The notes beneath the pieces are model-generated. The model saw nothing but the letters and a program-made list of their open reading frames with translations. It had not been told where the DNA came from and did no database searches. This document shows, piece after piece, positions 1 to 12,130 of a stretch of DNA of 64,000 nt. Position numbers and translations under genes: made by a program. The DNA lies in assembly GCA_951406725.2 (NCBI GenBank), contig OX597823.1, positions 64,852,001 to 64,916,000 of the forward strand, written 5' to 3'. This DNA comes from Octopus vulgaris. Lineage: Eukaryota. Position 1 is the stretch's first letter, and the number at the start of each line of letters is the position of its first letter.

Positions 1-1329
1 AAGCACTTGTATGTAGAAATTTGCCATAATTGTGTCAGGGGAGAAGCAATTTCTGTCTGCCTTATATTGTCCAGTTTTCTTTGCTATAAATTGGTATTGC
101 AAGATAAAATCAGCAACAACACAATAAAACCGTGGGCTAATTGACTCCACTTCTCCAAGCTAACATTGCTTCGATATATAACACCTTGACTGATGTCTTC
201 AACCTTACCTCCAAGTTTCATTTGACTTTGACTGCTGTCAGTACTTTATGTAGGAAGCATTTGGCATATTTGCAGAGGTGATATGTTACTGTGGGTTAGT
301 GTATTTGTTGATTGAAACATTGATTTTGTGTATATTATTTTTAACACTTTTTTTAACAATTTCTGCTTGGAGAGAGAAGGAGAGAGAGAGAGAGAGAGAG
401 AGAGAAGAGAGGTGCAGGCAAATAGAGAAAGGTTCGAAGTAGATGTTGTTGAACGTGTATTTAATATTTGAGTTTTGGTTGCTTTAGGCTACTACAGTAT
501 ATTCCGACGATAGCAAAGATAATTTAACAAAACTGAGATTTTTTTTCTTTTCCCATATTTTCATGCAGGAATTATGTATAATATTATATATATGTTATTT
601 TTCACATTTCTCTTGTGTGTAGGTAATAGTTTTACTACATTAGTTCACATGGCTCACTCAATCAAACTTTTCTTGATGTTATAGCAACATGAAAACCAAC
701 AAAATAAATATGTAAATGATTTTTATTCTACATAGTCAAATGTGATCGGAGAACAGAATATAATTGCAAGACAGCATTGCCTGAAATAGAATACTAAGCA
801 TATTCAAAGACCTAGTCTTCTGTGAAATTCCAGGTGTACAACGGAAACTGATATTAATAATGATTTTTAACAAAGACACAAGAACCGAAATTTGATGATA
901 GGGGTTTAGTAAATTATATGAATCCCAGTAATTTATTGGTGTCATATATCATCAATATTGGAGGGATGAAAGGCAAAAATGGCCTCAGCAGGAATTGTTT
1001 TCAGAACATGAAGAGGTAAAACAAATACTACAAGCGATTTTTTTCTGATTCTATAATGATTCTTTCGCTTTTCTAATAATTGTTTCTAAGATGGGCAGAA
1101 AACCTGAAATCTAGGGGAAGGAGTTAGTTGATGAAATCAACTCCAATTACTGATTGGCACTTTATTTCATTGATCCCAGTAGGAAAAAAGGCAAAGGTGA
1201 CCTCACCTTGATTTGAACTTAGAACAAAATTAATCATAACCCAACTAAGTTGATGGACTCCCTTGCTGAAACTGACAGATGATGGATCTACAATTTCTTG
1301 CTGAACAACCTGTGTAGATGATTTGTTTA

Positions 1330-1555
1330 TAGGGATCAAAAGTTTGTGCTGTACATTAGTTCACTCCTGCCATCAAATTCACTCTGCTTGTACAGGTGCA
1401 CAATGTGCCTCATGGCAGATGTTGATGATCGATCACAAAGCAATGTGAAGTGGAGTGTTTTGCTCAAGAACACAGCACACCATGAGTTCCTGGGATCAAC
1501 GCCATGATCTTGCAGCCATGAGTGCAATACCTTAATCACTATGTCACACACCTCC
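1330..1555 (-). mobile_element. Degenerate tRNA-derived CORE-type SINE (family C)
   Basis: Reverse complement resembles family C copies (cttgagcaaaacactccacttcacattgct plus a tRNA-like head); heavily diverged. Confidence 0.5.
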
Positions 1556-1711
1556 AATGCAACCACATTAGTACTAGTAGTGGTGGTGGTGGTGGTGGTG
1601 GTAGTAGTAGTGGTAGTGGTGGTGGTGGTGGCAGTGGTAGTGGTATGGTGGTGGTGGTGGTGGTGGTAACAGCAGTGAGGTGGAGGAGGAGGAAAGGATG
1701 GAGAAAACTCA

Positions 1712-2080
1712 GAGAACCATGCAGTATCTGTTGAAAAGGAGTCAAAAGTATTAACCATCTTGTAAGTGAATGCAGTAAGCTAGTACAAAAAAAAAGAGAA
1801 AAGAAGTGAAAGTGCAGATATTGTGTTTTAAAAGAGAGCCTTAGGATGTTAGCTGAGTTTGTGGCTCCGAAGTGATAGAAAAGTGATATGGACCATACCC
1901 AAAGGCTGTAATGGTGAGCAATAATCTCAGGATTTTATGGTAAGTCTCTATAAAGACTGACCATACTCTGGAAGTAAGGAAACCAGATATGATTGTTGAG
2001 GACTTAGTGAATCAAGTAAAGCCATGGAAATGTCTAGTAACATAGAAGATGGAACTCACTGAGTTAAAAACAGATTTATT
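1712..2080 (+). mobile_element. R4/Dong-like LINE remnant (CCHC knuckle plus restriction-like endonuclease)
   Basis: Manual translation gives PCSIC*KGVKSINHLVSECSKL ... LRILW*VSIKTDHTLEVRKPDMIVED, matching the C-x2-C..H..C / ILWD..IQTD..RRPD pattern of RLE-type LINEs; contains stops. Confidence 0.65.
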
Positions 2081-2105
2081 ATGAAATCATTAATAAGCAT
2101 TAATA

Positions 2106-2517
2106 GGCGTAGGAGTGGCTGTGTGATAAGTAGTTTGCTTACGAACCACATGGTTCCGGGTTCAGTCCCACTGTGTGGCACGTTGGGCAAGTGTCTTCTA
2201 CTATAGCCCCGGGCCGACCAAAACCTTGTGAGTGGATTTGGTAGACGGAAGCTGAAAGAAGCCTGACGTATATATGTATATATATGTATGTGTGTGTATA
2301 TGTTTGTGTGTCTGTGTTTGTTCCCCCAACATCTCTTGGCAACCGATGCTAGTGTGTTTACATCCTTGTAACTTAACGGTTCAGCAAATGAGACCCAATA
2401 GAATAAGTACTAGGCTTACAAAGAATAAGTCCTGAGGTCGATATGCTCGACTAAAGGTGGTGCTCCAGCATGGCCACGATCAAATGGCTGAAAAAAGTAA
2501 AAGTGTAAAAGAGTAAA
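2106..2517 (+). mobile_element. tRNA-derived SINE family A, full length
   Basis: Head ggcgtaggagtggctgtgtg...ggttcagtccc (A/B-box-like), body gggcaagtgtcttctactatagcc, internal (TA/TG)n, tail ctccagcatggcc...aaaagagtaa; about nine near-full copies in the window. Confidence 0.85.
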
Positions 2518-2712
2518 CACAAAATTTGATGAGGTTTCTCCAGCTTCTAATTTCTGGTAGTTATTTACTTTGTGAACACATTTGAAGCACAAAAGATTTC
2601 TGATGCTTTCTCTCACTAACTATTTTAAATCTAAACATTGAAAGTTCATTGAAGCAAGCAATGTCTAGTGTTTACATTTCTTTTTCATGAAACCATTAAT
2701 CAGGTAAAATGC

Positions 2713-2747
<35 letters not shown>

Positions 2748-2805
2748 ATAGAAATGGTAAGACAGCAAAAGAAAGAGACCTCGATATTATGTAAATAGAG
2801 GAATT

Positions 2806-3184
2806 TATCTGTAAATGTAATATGTGACAATTATTCGGTAGCCATGATAAAACTCCGAGTTTTGGATGCTAAGGTGGAAATCCACGCCGCCATCTCTTCA
2901 GTTATCGGGCCATCGAAAAAATGCTATGAAAATGACCATTATACAAAGGGAAATAACTGTGTGATTGACTGTTATTAAGACAAAAGAGCTTGGTCATTCA
3001 AATAGCTCTTTTTTCTTAATAACGGTCAATCACACAGTAATTTCCCTTTGCTTAACGGTCATTTTTCATAGCATTTTTCCGATGGCTGGATAACTGAAGA
3101 GATGGTGGCATGGATTTCCACTTTGGCATCCAAAACTCGGAGTTTTATCATGGCTACCGAATAATTGTCACATATTACATTTAC

Positions 3185-3189
<5 letters not shown>
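2806..3189. repeat. Fold-back (about 185-bp arms) of a Penelope pLTR-like sequence containing hammerhead-like motifs
   Basis: tatctgtaaatgtaatatgtgac... at 2806 is the reverse complement of ...gtcacatattacatttacagata ending at 3189; loop near 2992-3003; (TA)n on both sides. Confidence 0.85.
3089..3149 (+). ncRNA. Degenerate type I hammerhead ribozyme (GAAA replaced by AAAA)
   Basis: gataa CTGAAGA gatg...catc c AAAA ctcggag TT ttatc; stem I gataa/ttatc, stem III ctc-g-gag; mirror copy on the - strand in the left arm. Confidence 0.6.
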
Positions 3190-3233
<44 letters not shown>

Positions 3234-3274
3234 CATTTTTTCTCTCCTTCTTTCTGTGTTTTTTTCTCTGTGTA

Positions 3275-3312
3275 TCTTTCTGTTGAAGAGCGTAGGCTCG
3301 AAACGTTAAAGA
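3275..3312 (+). ncRNA. Minimal hammerhead-like motif (variant core)
   Basis: tcttt CTGTTGA a gagc gtag gctc GAAA cg TT aaaga; stem I tcttt/aaaga; the conserved A6 is T. Decayed paralogue near 8355-8390. Confidence 0.45.
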
Positions 3313-3534
3313 CTTGTTTTATTTATATTTCCTGAGGCCATACTAATACAATTGTTTGTTTGTTTTCCAACTGCCTTCGTCTTTTGTCTATTTTCATAAA
3401 GCTTCCCGTTATATATATATATATATATATGTACACATATATATATATGTATGTATGTATGTATATATTAGACAAAATGAGATAACAAAGCCAAGGAATT
3501 TTCAGGACTCTTATAAAGAAAAGGATATAGATTT

Positions 3535-3579
3535 AGTCCTACAGCCGTTTCTGGGATATTATGGATATCCCTTCATCAG
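3535..3579 (-). ncRNA. Hammerhead ribozyme core, 5' strand of stem I truncated
   Basis: Reverse complement: CTGATGA a gggata tccataa tatccc a GAAA cggctg TA ggact; the upstream side abuts (TA)n. Confidence 0.6.
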
Positions 3580-3876
3580 ATATATATATATATATATATT
3601 TGTTGAAATGGAAAGATGAATTATCTTGTTACGGATTATTCAAAAGTTTAACCGATACCTGGGTAGCAAAAATCACAGCAGAAAAAACACGGTTGGAGAT
3701 ATGACCATAGGGTGTTGCAGCCGTGCGTTGGTGCGGATAATTGAAGTTTAATATAATTAGTGAATGGAAGAAATGGAGTTGAACGAATTTGGAAAATTGT
3801 GGCCTTTGAAACATGTGTAGAATGTAATAAAAGGAATTCTGTACAATCTTCGTTCAACTCCATTTCTTCCATTCAC

Positions 3877-4070
3877 AGTGGTTAGGGCAGCGGACTTGCG
3901 GTCGGAGGATCGCGGTTTCGATTCCCAGACCGGGCGTTGTGTGTGTTTATTGAGCGAAAAAAACACCTAAAAGCTCCACGAGGCTCCGGCAGGTGGTGGT
4001 GATCCCTGCTTTACTCTTTCACCACTCTAAAGGCGGTGCTCCAGCATGGCCGCAGTCAAATGACTGAAAC

Positions 4071-4101
<31 letters not shown>
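3877..4101 (+). mobile_element. tRNA-derived SINE with a distinct head and family-A tail, A-tailed
   Basis: agtggttagggcagcgg...ggtttcgattccc (A/B box), then aaaggcggtgctccagcatggccgcagtcaaatgactgaaacaagt followed by poly(A). Confidence 0.75.
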
Positions 4102-4103
<2 letters not shown>

Positions 4104-4924
4104 AAACATATTTTATATAAGAATTGAAAGGAAATGTAAAATTAGTATGGTGCATCTGAACAGATTTATAAAAAAAGTGAAAGCTAAAGACTAAAACGTT
4201 GGTCACCTAAATTATATTAGCAGGAAGTAGAAGAAATAATGATTATGGATATAATAGTGGTGGTGATGGTGGTGGTAAAGGTGGTGTCATTGATGGTGGA
4301 AGTGTTGTTGATATTGCTGGTGGTAGTCATGAGGTGCCAGCTTTGTTGAAGGTGTTAGTTGTAACAGTGGCAGGCATTTGAGGTGATGACATTTGTGGTG
4401 GTGGTGGTAGTAGCATTGGTAGTAGTGGTGGTGGTAGTGGAGATTGTGGCGGATTAATGGTGGTGGTGGCGGTGGTGTTGATGCTGATGGTGGTGATGAC
4501 AGTTTTACAGTTTTCAAACTTATCTTGTTTTGATTCCTGTGTGCTTTATAGTATTTTCATATTTATTTCATGTTTTCTTTTCAATTTTTAATCTGTCTTT
4601 TGCATTACATCCTCACCCTCTCTCCATCGTTTTATAAACTTAGTTTGTCCAGCCACACACACACACACACATATTGAAAAATGTATTGCTTTCAATCTTC
4701 ATTTTTAACTTGTAGCTTTTGAGCCCTTGTGGCTAATAATGAGATCATCTAAAAGTATTGGAAAACATTCTTTGTGGTATTTCTTCTGGCTATTTACTGG
4801 TGCTGAGATCAAATCCCACTAAGGTTAACTTTAATCTTTAATCCTTTTGAAGCTTATAATATAAAGTACTTGACTAAACCGCCTCCCCCAAAATTGCTGG
4901 CCCTGTGCCAATATTAGAAAATAT

Positions 4925-5095
4925 TCATCATCCTCGTCATCATCATCATTTAATGGTGGCATGGGTTGGAAGGTTTGACAGGAGGTGGGAAGCTGAAGAA
5001 CTGCACCAGGCCCCTATTGTCTGTTTTGGCATGGTTTGTACAACTGGATGCCCTTCCTAATGTGCTGAGGTATTTTTCTATATGACACCAACATC
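4925..5095 (-). mobile_element. RTE LINE 3' tail fragment
   Basis: (CAT)n tail, gcatgggttgga and ctggatgcccttcctaa are shared with the 46591-47500 element. Confidence 0.6.
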
Positions 5096-5109
5096 TGTAT
5101 GCATGCAGT

Positions 5110-5980
5110 CTTCTTCTTTAACAAAATCCCCAAAATGACTTTCAAATGACTTTTGCAGGAATTTAATTTTTCTCGACATATTTTATAATATTTCCCCATT
5201 ACTCTCAATAGCCTCATTCTTGGGTTTTTTAAATCTAAAAAGAATCTGGTTCAAATTATTATTTCCTAAAAGAATGCTGAAAAGTTTTAATTTCATCTTC
5301 AATGCATTGATATCCTTTGCTGCGACAGGAAACAGTTCTGTTCATACTCTTCAGTTTCAATTTTAGACGATTGACATATCAGGTTTCACCATCTAAAAAT
5401 ACCAAATCAAATAATCGATCGTTATGACTAAAATAGGATGTTTCTTTGGGCAGTTCATTTTATTTTTCTTGAAACTTAAGAATAGAATTTTTTTTTTACT
5501 TTCCAAAGTCTGCTCAGACAGAACTTGTCATTTCGAGAGCAAGCACACGTCATTATGGAAGATAAAATCACCATATTCCAAATCCAATGCCTCATAATAT
5601 TCTCTGAATTCTTGTCTGCGTAATGCTCTTGTTCATATTTTACTCCTATATCTCACAGTTTTTGATATAACACGTCACAATGCAAACTTTCCTATACAAT
5701 GACTCTTGATTGAATATTTAATGCAGTGATGTTTCTGAAAGGAATAACCTAAAAAAAATATTTGAACAAAATTGTATTCAAAATGGCTTTACCCATTATT
5801 GACAAAGTTCCATTATGACAAATATTAATAAATTACTGAAATTTACTTCTAGTTTTTTAAAAATATAACTTTACTTCACTAAATAAATTCAATCCTCTTA
5901 TACCATGAAGCAACTTAAAACTGGCAAGTTCTTCACAGATGCTAAAATTGTCATCAATTCCTTTAACAAAAATGGTTAAC
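5110..5980 (-). mobile_element. hAT (Buster/Charlie, GTF2IRD2-like) transposase remnant
   Basis: Reverse-strand translation across frameshifts: GIDDNFSICEELASF, HHCI..QESL, RALRRQEFREYYEALDLEYGDFIFHNDVCLLSK; compare HCIIHQE and EYGDLLYHTEVRWLSRG. Confidence 0.75.
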
Positions 5981-6276
5981 TGATGATGATGATGATGATG
6001 ACGACGACGACGACGACGAGGAGGGGTGGGGAGGAGGATTGGAGTTCTATGCCAAAAGAGTTTATTTAATACTCACAATGTTCCTCATAGTACTTTCAGA
6101 TCAAGATTTTCTGGAAGTTGTCTATAATCTCCAAACTCAAAATCATTTGAATTGACTGCTAGGTTGATTTTCATTGGTGCCATGAGTTTCTCTGAGAATA
6201 TCTTTCCTCATTTACACCACAAATTTTTTTTGATGCAAAGACTGACACCCCACTGACCAACACTACAGATGTTTGA

Positions 6277-6665
6277 TACTCTTTTACTTGTTTCAGTCAT
6301 TTGACTGTGGCCATACAGGTGCACCACCTTTAGTCGAGCAAACCGACCCCAGGACTTATTCTTTGTAAGCCTAGTACTTATTCTATCAGTCTCTTCACCG
6401 AACTGCTAAGTTATGGGGAAGTAAACACACCAGCATCGGTTGTCAAGCGATGTTGGGGGGACAAACACAGGCACACAAACATATATACATACACATACAT
6501 ATATATATATATACATTTATACGACGCGCTTCTTTCAAATCTACCAAATCTACTCACAAGGCTTTGGTCAGCCTGAGGCTATAATAGAAGACACTTGCCC
6601 AAGGTGCCACACAGTGGAACTGAACCCGGAACCATGTGGTTTGTAAGCAAGCTACTTACCACACA
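6277..6665 (-). mobile_element. SINE family A
   Basis: Reverse complement of the 2106-2517 element. Confidence 0.85.
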
Positions 6666-6869
6666 TTCATTTGACTCAAAGATGTAGTTCTGTCAAAGAA
6701 CTGTGAAGTGGAAAAGCAAGTCTTGCAAATCATGTGCACTTCACATCAAGGAACAACTACAGCTGCAACATCCTCAGCTTATGCTGGGGATTTCTTAGTT
6801 TGGAATTATGAAGCCTACCATGTGGAGCAGGGTTGACATAGAGGCATGTGCACACATGTATGCAAACAT

Positions 6870-6941
<72 letters not shown>

Positions 6942-6961
6942 AATGGAATTCTTTCAGTTTC

Positions 6962-7181
6962 CTATTTCTTTATTATACACAAGGGGGCTAAACATAGAGG
7001 GGACAAACAAGGACAGACAGATTACATCGACCCCAGTGCATAACTGGTACTTAATTTATCGACCCCTAAAGGATAAAAGGTAAAGTCGACCGCGGCGGAA
7101 TTTGAACTCAGAACGTAACGGCAGACGAAATACGGCTACGCATTTCACCCAGCATGCTAAAGTTTCTGCCAGCTCACCGCC
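6962..7181 (-). mobile_element. tRNA-derived SINE family B (Nin/Deu-like domain)
   Basis: Reverse complement: ggcggtgagctggcagaaactttagc...gagttcaaattcc, then gtcgactttaccttttatcctttaggggtcgataaattaagtaccag; sits inside a family A remnant. Confidence 0.8.
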
Positions 7182-8473
7182 TTTCAATTTCCATCTACCA
7201 TTTGTACTCACAAGGAATGATTGGTTCAGAGCTGTATAAGAAGACATTTGTCCAAGGTGCTGCACAGTGAGACTGAACATGAAACCATGCTGTTGGGAAG
7301 AGAACTTTTTTAACTATACAGAAAGGTATGTGTGTGTGTTTGTATGTGCATGTGTATGTGTGTGTGTGTGTGTTCGAGCTTAAATCATTAATGTTCTTTG
7401 GTAAGACTTAAAGGCCATTAACATAGTTTTAGATATTACATACACTCAATGAGTATATTCTAAGTATAATAAACAAATACATTCGCCTTGTGACACTAAG
7501 TGTTAGTGTGTGCATGTGTTTTTGCATTTGTTTCTATGTATATATGTGCATAAGTCTCTTACTCTCTGTCTCTGTAAGCATGAAAATGAATGAAGTTATC
7601 TCCTCAACGCAGTGTTATGTGCATCTCCTTTCGAGTGGACGAATACTTTTTATGGCTTTCTAAGGATATTTATTTACGTAATTCTACTGAGAAGCTCTAT
7701 CATTTTTTTCTTTGAACTTTATTCATTGTGTCAGCAAATCACTAAAAAGAAATTGTTTCTGAAGGGCTTGCCTGGAAGTGCCATTCTCAAAAGTTGACCA
7801 AGATAAGAGAACTTGGCAGAAATGGTAAATTTCTTCAAATAAATCCCTTTACCCTACATCAGTCAGTTTGGTAATGTAGTGCAGAAAGAATTAGTGGTGA
7901 TAGAAACATTTTTTTGTTTTTTTCTTTTATTTTTTATTAGTCCATTTTATTTAATTTTTGTATATTTATTCCTTTATGGCTAAGGACATTTACCTCCAAA
8001 TAGAAAACAGTATAAAGAAAGAGCAAATTTGATCTTTCAACTCATTACCTCCTTATATAATTATCAGCTGGTGGTTTTAAAAATCTTCCATAGAAAGCTT
8101 AAAATGTTTGGGAGAAAAACTGGTGCAGCCATAAATGGTTGCATAGATAAAAATGTTTGGTTTGCATCCATGTGTTCTGGGTTTGAACCTACTATATGAC
8201 AGCTTGGGAATGACTTCTTATCTTCTTAGTTCAACCCAGCAAAAGTCATCTGAGTGAAATTTAGTTTAAAGAAAACTGAAAACTGCCTACTGATATCGCA
8301 TAAATAGCCACTATACTTTTTTCTATTTTCTCTCTCTGTTTATTTCTGTGTTCCTTTCTGTCAAAGAGTATAGGCTCAAAATGTAAAAGACTTTCTCAAT
8401 TTCTGAATGTTAAACTAATACATCTATTTGTTATTTACACACCCGTCTTCATCTTTTGTTTTTTTGTGAATAC

Positions 8474-8519
<46 letters not shown>

Positions 8520-8693
8520 AACTTACTTGGAGACTCGCATTGAGTCGAACCAGGGGCAGCTGATGAAGGGGAATTTTCCTTGTATTGTTTGTCCTGTACT
8601 CTGTTTTTTCGTTGTTAAAAAAAGTCCGTTTCCTTGTTTGATTTTATGTTTTCATTTCTCGTTGTGTTCTACGTTTATTTGTGGTGTACTGTA

Positions 8694-8731
<38 letters not shown>

Positions 8732-9554
8732 TGTATATATACATATAGATGTAAGTATGTACATATATGTATGTATATGCATATGTTTTATTTATATATA
8801 TATATATACTATTCTACATCTGTGCATCAAACTCACAGGTACGATAGAGATGAAGAATGAAACAAAGGTGTGAAAATTTAAAACTTTATATTTTAAAAAA
8901 TATTTCAATAGTTAAAGTGAAATAAGCTTTGTTAACAAATAACTGTGAAAGTTCTACTTTTATCTTTTTATGTGTTCCAGACCAAAACCTGTGGCCATAC
9001 TGGGGCAATGCTGTTATTCATTTTTCTTTTTTGTTATTAGGGTTAAATGCTTATTGATATTATGAAAATAAACAGATAAATACATGGGCAGAAGGGAAAG
9101 TAAATACGATAATTTCTTAGACAGACAGACAACAGGCGGACAGGCAGTCAGTCAGACAGACAGGTAATTAGGTAGGTAAGTAGGTAGGTAGGTGAGGCTT
9201 TTGATATATCAAAAGTTACGCAAATACAGAGCTATATTAATAGACATACAAATAATTACATTACTGAACTGAAGTGAAATGAAAAGAAATGAAAATGATC
9301 TCCATTGGTAAATAACTCAGACAGAACCTTGTAAACAAACTAGTGTTGTTTGCTTACATATCTTTATTTTTTTAAATTCCTTCACTTAACACATATGCTT
9401 TAATGCAATTAATTATTGGCTGCTCAGTTGAAACATTTGTTTATAAAATATGGTGGATGTTAGATGATATTAGCTAAAAAGACAAAGGATGTAAAAGATT
9501 ATTTTTCAAAAAATAACCGTGCACTACATCTATGGTGTGAATTGCAGTGAAGCC

Positions 9555-10238
9555 ACTTCAATAACAGGTGAACAAGAAGGAATGCGCTTCTTAATACCTT
9601 GCATAAAGCTAGCTCCAAATGACTCCAACCTTCCTTTCATTTTGGAATGAGTTCAGTTCCCTGTAAGGCTGTCCTTCACTCCAACAATAAATAAGGCACT
9701 GGGACAGACATTTAACAAAACTGGAATATATTTGCCACATCCTGTATTCAGCCATGTGTTATTTTCTAGAGCCAGGAAATTATCTTATGTGGCAGTAATA
9801 GTAGTTGAGTAGTGAAGGTGCTTGGCTCAGTGGTTAGAGCATCGAGCTTACGATCGTGAGTTTGTGAGTTCGGATCCCGGACCAGGCTACGTGTTGTGTT
9901 CTTGAGCAAGACACTTTATTTCACGTTGCTCCAGTTCACTCAGCTGTAGAAATGAGTTGTGACATCACAGGTGCCAAGCTGTATCGGCCTTTGCCTTTCC
10001 CTTGGATAACACTGGTGGCATGGAGAGGGGAGGCCGGTATGCATGAGCAACTGCTGGTCTTCCATAAACAACCTTGCCCGGATTTGTGCTTGGGAGGATA
10101 ACTTTCTAGGTGCAATCCCATGGTCAGTCATGACTGAAGGGGGTCTCAGCTCAGTAGTTAAGACCTACACATTAGGGAAATTGGAAATTAAAACTCTTAC
10201 AAAAAAACACAGTGTATAAAGAAGTGCTGAGAGAGTAA
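9555..10238 (+). mobile_element. Helitron PIF1-like helicase C-terminal remnant, split by a SINE
   Basis: Translation IPCIKLAPNDSNLPFILE*VQFPVRLSFTPTINKALGQTFNKTGIYLPHPVFSH..SRAR, then [SINE], then VYKEVL; compare QFPVRLAFAMTINKSQGQT..PVFSHGQLYVALSR..NIVYKEVL. Confidence 0.85.
9813..10147 (+). mobile_element. tRNA(Arg)-like CORE-type SINE family C, full length
   Basis: tggctcagtggttagagc (A box), ttACGat anticodon-like loop, gagttcggatccc (B box), tgtgttcttgagcaagacactttatttcac; short agtagt repeats on both flanks. Possibly one of the octopus OR SINE families (inference). Confidence 0.8.
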
Positions 10239-10924
10239 ATTTAGAATTTTATTAATCTCATGTATATGTGTGCCTTTCATATTACATTCAGTTCATACGG
10301 TTTGTAAAGAATTTTCTGTGATCACATACAATAACTATTTCATACACATTTAAATTATTTCATGTTTTGTGTTTCTGTTTGTATATGTATATCACATACA
10401 GTTTGTATAGGCCTGTTTGTAATGTAGAATTTTTGTATCTAATTCAGTGAGTAAGCTAATGTTTCTTCCTATGTACATATAATCATATGAAATATAGCAT
10501 GTATATATTTATTTACTTTGTAAATATGTAATAAAAATTATAAATAATAAACATTTAATCAATATACATGAATGAGTTTAATCTTTTTAACTCAGCTTTT
10601 ATTTCCTTAAACCATAAAGCACATCATATCTGTCAAATATGTACTACAAAGAGGTAAATAAGCAATACCTTCAAAATTCATTTCAATTATATTTAGAAGC
10701 ACTGTTTGATTAAGTGGCAGGATATTAAAAGAATTTTTTGAAACTCCTTGTTTGTGTTTAATATACTAACATAATATTTTCAAATGTTCTGACTTATATC
10801 ATGGAATTTCTATAAGTCTTGCTGGTATTTCATAATTTTATTGTGCAAACAGCATTTATCAAATTTAAGTTTATTAAATAAAAATACAGGAAAAGTGAAA
10901 GTGAAAACAGTTCTATCTAATTCA

Positions 10925-11560
10925 AATATTGTATTGTAATGCATCATAGGGTCTAAGTGTCTCATTTATAATTTTTATAATGTGGCTCTCCACTCATGAT
11001 AACAGCAAAACTAATTGCATTCCAGTGCTTTGAAACAACAGGTGCTTTCTCCAGATGGCCTCTGGTGTTCATCAATGCCAATTTGAAACACCAAAGTGTG
11101 TGCAGACTCCAAGGCATATTTGTAACTCCTGATGTAGCCATTCTTTTTGTGGATGGTTATCTTGAAGTTAAAGAGTCAAATCAAACTTTGTGCCAAGGAA
11201 GATGGTGTTTTTTATCATAAGCTTTGTCTCTTGATGTCACCAAAAAAGTTGCTGCAAAAATTGAACCTCTTCACTGGGAAGGGGCTGAAGTGATCCAATG
11301 TGTGGTAGATTTGCTCTTTTAATATAAAAGTTTGCATGAATTCTCCCCTGATGATGTTGGTTTCAAAAGTCTTTTGGATATCAGAGTTATACTTTCTGAT
11401 GTTCTTCAAAAACTAATTGAATACCTTAGTAGTGACAATAAGAATCTATTTTAGGATCTCAGGTAGATCAGAAAGGACTGGTAGATTAACTTTTCGGTTT
11501 GTACAGCACATTGCATCTGTATTTTGTTTGCATTTCCTGACTAAGTGCTTGTCAAAAATT
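10925..11560 (-). mobile_element. Helitron Rep N-terminal remnant
   Basis: Reverse-strand translation: AMCCTNRKVNLPVL, KNIRKYNSDIQ..GEFMQTFILKEQIYH, QRPSGE, INETLRPYDALQY; compare MCC..GKV.LP, NIR.YNS, FKIQGQVYH, ETHRSYD.LQYP. Confidence 0.8.
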
Positions 11561-11734
11561 TTGGATATAGTACTAGTTGAAATTATTTCCTCCAAGTACT
11601 GATAGTGTCCCAAATTTTTTCCATCCTATTCTTGTTGTAGCTATTATGCTTTCAGAACATGTTCCTCCATAACTGATTATGATGCAAAGTTAACAGTAAC
11701 TATCAATTACTTCTATGAAATCTTCTAATCATCA

Positions 11735-12130
11735 TTACCATCATCATCATCGCTTAACATCCTCCTTCCATGCTGGCATGGGTTGGATGGTTTGACTGGA
11801 GCTGACCAGGCAAGAACCTACACTATGCTTTTGTATCTGTTTTGGCAAGATTTTTATAGCTGGATGCCCTTCCTAACACCAACCACACTGTAGAATAGGC
11901 TGAGTGCTTTTTACATGGCCCTTTCACAGGCAAGGTCAGTTTTGGCATGGTTTTTAGAGCTGGTTGCCCTTCCAAATGCCAACCACTTTACAGTGTGGAT
12001 TGGGTGATTTTTAAGTGGCACCTGCACTGGCCGGGTCACCAAGTAACTTTGCAAGATAAAGAATCTTTGAGAGAGGCGGGGGCACTGGAGGAAGTGATCT
12101 TGTGTCAGATGATGAAAGGCTAGAGAGTGA
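11735..12130 (-). mobile_element. RTE LINE-derived 3' tail
   Basis: (CAT)n, ttccatgctggcatgggttggatgg and ctggatgcccttcctaacaccaaccac, as in 46591-47500. Confidence 0.7.

Noticed and set aside
1336-1758. Poly-T/P/H/G ORFs
   Set aside because: Translations of a (GGT)n microsatellite plus SINE/LINE debris.
7735-7824. AG...GT bounded segment on the + strand
   Set aside because: Stops in all three frames; no support as a coding exon.
8550-8600. CTGATGAagggg motif (also on the - strand near 43050) as a hammerhead
   Set aside because: No downstream GAAA/stem III/NUH in the required geometry.
9813-9885. tRNA gene
   Set aside because: A/B boxes are present but they run into a multi-copy SINE body and no proper acceptor stem is seen; the same applies to all other SINE heads.
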